Of a DNA stretch of 64,000 nucleotides, positions 61,860 through 64,000 are shown in pieces. The DNA comes from Azolla caroliniana (taxonomy: Eukaryota; Plantae; Polypodiophyta). The notes below the pieces were generated by a model. That model saw only the letters and a program-made list of their open reading frames with translations, made no database searches and was not told the origin of the DNA. The position numbers and the translations under genes are program-made. The DNA lies in assembly GCA_043228905.1 (NCBI GenBank), contig JBHGNT010000004.1, forward strand, positions 14,818,001 to 14,882,000, in the 5' to 3' direction. Position 1 is the first letter of the stretch, and every line of letters begins with the position of its first letter.

Positions 61860-62726
61860 ATCGCGTGGAGTAGAAAGAAGCAGCCAACAGTTGCGTTGTC
61901 GAGCACCAAAGCTGAGTATAGAGGAGTTGTTGTCGCGTCATGCGAAGCCATATGGTTGAAGTGGCTACTTAAGGATTTGCAGGTAGAGGTATCCGATCCA
62001 ACGACAATCTATTGCAACAACCTCAGCAACATCTAGCTAGCAAAGAACCCCATCTTCCACGCCTGGACTAAGCACATTGAGCTGCACTACCATTTTGTTC
62101 GTGAGCGTGTCCTCTCCGGTGAAGTCGAACTTCAGTATGTTCCGACGGATCGGCAGACCACCGACATCTTCACCAAGCCTCTTGGTCTGGACAAGTTGCG
62201 ACAATTCTCGGGTGTGCTTGGTTTGCGTCACCTCGACGTGCCGAACTTCAGGGGGAGAGACGTCCCAAATGACAACGGAAGAGGGAGAGAAGTTCCGGAA
62301 GACGAAGACCGCGACGCCGAGTCGGATGACGAATTTGATTTCGAATCGGCTGAAGAAGCCGAGGGCGGACCCGCAGAAGATTCGGAAAGCGGACATAAGG
62401 GGAGTAGTCGAAAGAAAGAGCTGAAGACAACCAAGGGCGAGAAGATCGAAGACAAGTTGGAGATAGCCAACTCAGACGAAAGTGAGTCGGTTCGGATGTT
62501 TGATTCGGATACGCTGAGTCAACCGAGGGCCAAGCGGAAGACAAGGCAACAGAAGAGGCGCCAACACCGCAACAACAAAGAAGCTGAGAGGGGTCGTGTA
62601 AGCAGACAAGCCGACCAAAAGGGGCGAGGAGCGCGAGCGAGGCGTGAAGCCAGAAGGAACCGGAGCATAGATCTAGCGGAGCAGGTGGAACCTCAAGTTG
62701 AGCTTGAGGGGGCCGTATCGGTATGA
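61860..62726 (+). pseudogene. Copia RNase H fragment with long charged C-terminal extension
   Basis: Motifs [26 protein letters not shown] and DIFTKPL, then an open acidic/basic tail running to the PPT. Confidence 0.88.
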
Positions 62727-62992
62727 AAACTGCGAGGCCGTTGGGAAGATATTCCTCGTAAGGAATAATTTTGGGAGTTAGTGTAGTAGGCTCATTTATG
62801 AGCGGTCAAGTACTGTCGGTACTTGTGTCACTGAGCATGGTGTATGTACAGATTGAGTATTATTTTGAATTGAGTTTCTGTGTGGTCTCTCTATTTGTCT
62901 CTCCCGCGTACTGTGCATATACAAGCTCTCCATTAAACCTACATACTTTCTGTGTTCGGTTTCCTATTGCTTCCGCACGCTATTCTTTTTAC
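62716..62992 (+). repeat. Copia 3' LTR (short variant)
   Basis: Follows PPT GAGGGGGCCG. Shares TATTCCTCGTAAGGAATAATTTTGGGAG and CTCATTTATGAGC with the 46007 LTR. Confidence 0.75.
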
Positions 62993-63789
62993 GAGGAAGC
63001 AACGACGACCAATAAGCGTAAAATCGAAAACCTCAAGAAGGCCTTGGACGAAGCGCAAGCCCAGTCCCAAATGCTAAGGACAATGGACGTGTCCTCCTCC
63101 AAAGAAATCGTGAGTGGTTGACAATGCAGTTGAAAGTAGCGTTAGACAAAGGATGGGCGGCATGGGCTACGCAAGGAACGGAATTGCACACCTACCAGGC
63201 GGACTGGGAGAACCGCCAGAAAGAGGGCAGAGGCTTCTACAAGCTAAATGAGGAAAGCATTGTGGCGGTACGAGAGGACCTCGCGCAAGATTATCAAACG
63301 CTAGTGACTAGCACTCTGAAGAACTCACGCAACTACTCGAAGATTTTGGGGAATGTCAGGAAGACATATTCCACGAGTTAATGGAGCTCGGCAACAAGAG
63401 CTAGAGGGCGGAGGAATTGAAAAGGGAGGAAGCAATAACAGTACCAAATAGCGACTGTGCCAAACAAAATGAGCCCCAACTTAAACCCAAATGATGGACC
63501 TGGGGTAACAACAACGCCCAGAAATCCCTTGGAAGATGGAGGCACAGATGAGCCACAACCCGACGATTGTCGATGCTAGAAGGAGCCATCACTGGACCCA
63601 CAAAGGCAAGTCCTGGACAGCGTACCAACTGAATCAGCCCCGACCACGCTGCGTGAAGACGACAACATGGAAATTGACGCGCTTGAGATAACAACTACAC
63701 CGATTAACCCCACGGATTATACTAGCGGAGAAGAGCAACGCTCATACGCTTGCCCATGCCAAGAAGAGCCGTGTCCAGAGCCACAAGGA

Positions 63790-64000
63790 AATGTCATGGA
63801 AATGTTGCTCGTAGTGTAAAATCACGCGGGTGCATCGACGAGTACGCACACCGACACCAAGATGATGTACATGGAGGAAGATAGGCCCCGTGGTGGTGGT
63901 GGACAAGGCGGATCAGAACGGGCGGCCGAAAGGAGCAGAACGTGCGGCATAATCGAAATGTCGGGAGCAATTCCGAACCCTCCGGAAGCAAGGGGAGTCA
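63790..64000 (+). pseudogene. Copia gag fragment running off the window
   Basis: MLLVV*NHAGASTSTHTDTKMMYMEEDRPRG matches the gag at 4821-5294. Confidence 0.85.

Noticed and set aside
61530-62036. Novel integrase-RNase H fusion protein
   Set aside because: It is a chance in-frame junction between a gypsy integrase and a copia RNase H fragment, both degraded.

Overview
This window is a deeply nested, largely decayed retrotransposon cluster from a eukaryotic genome. A plant is inferred from primer-binding sites (PBSs) matching plant tRNA-iMet and tRNA-Trp; a non-seed land plant is plausible but cannot be shown here. No host gene, RNA gene or CRISPR array is supported. Contents from left to right: a 5 x 183-bp tandem array; a two-ORF APE-type LINE between (GA)n tracts, split by 4.75 kb of scrambled Ty1/copia DNA; an L1-like fragment; four related Ty3/gypsy elements (three retain a tRNA-Trp PBS); Athila/Tat-like gypsy remnants carrying an extra ORF after pol; and several copia elements, two of them bounded by perfect 5-bp target-site duplications (TSDs). 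The strongest unexplained signals are four. (1) The Trp-primed gypsy family has a conserved G-GAT-TTT-TAA slippery site plus a predicted H-type pseudoknot located after the protease, suggesting a Gag-PR | RT-RH-IN -1 frameshift. (2) The same family shows 4-bp CpG-centred target sites and, in some copies, strong CAG/CTG depletion. (3) A 2.47-kb insert has inverted LTR-like ends and a TSD. (4) An uncharacterised ORF downstream of integrase is conserved in two diverged gypsy copies. All coordinates and alignments were read by eye; no database searches were run.
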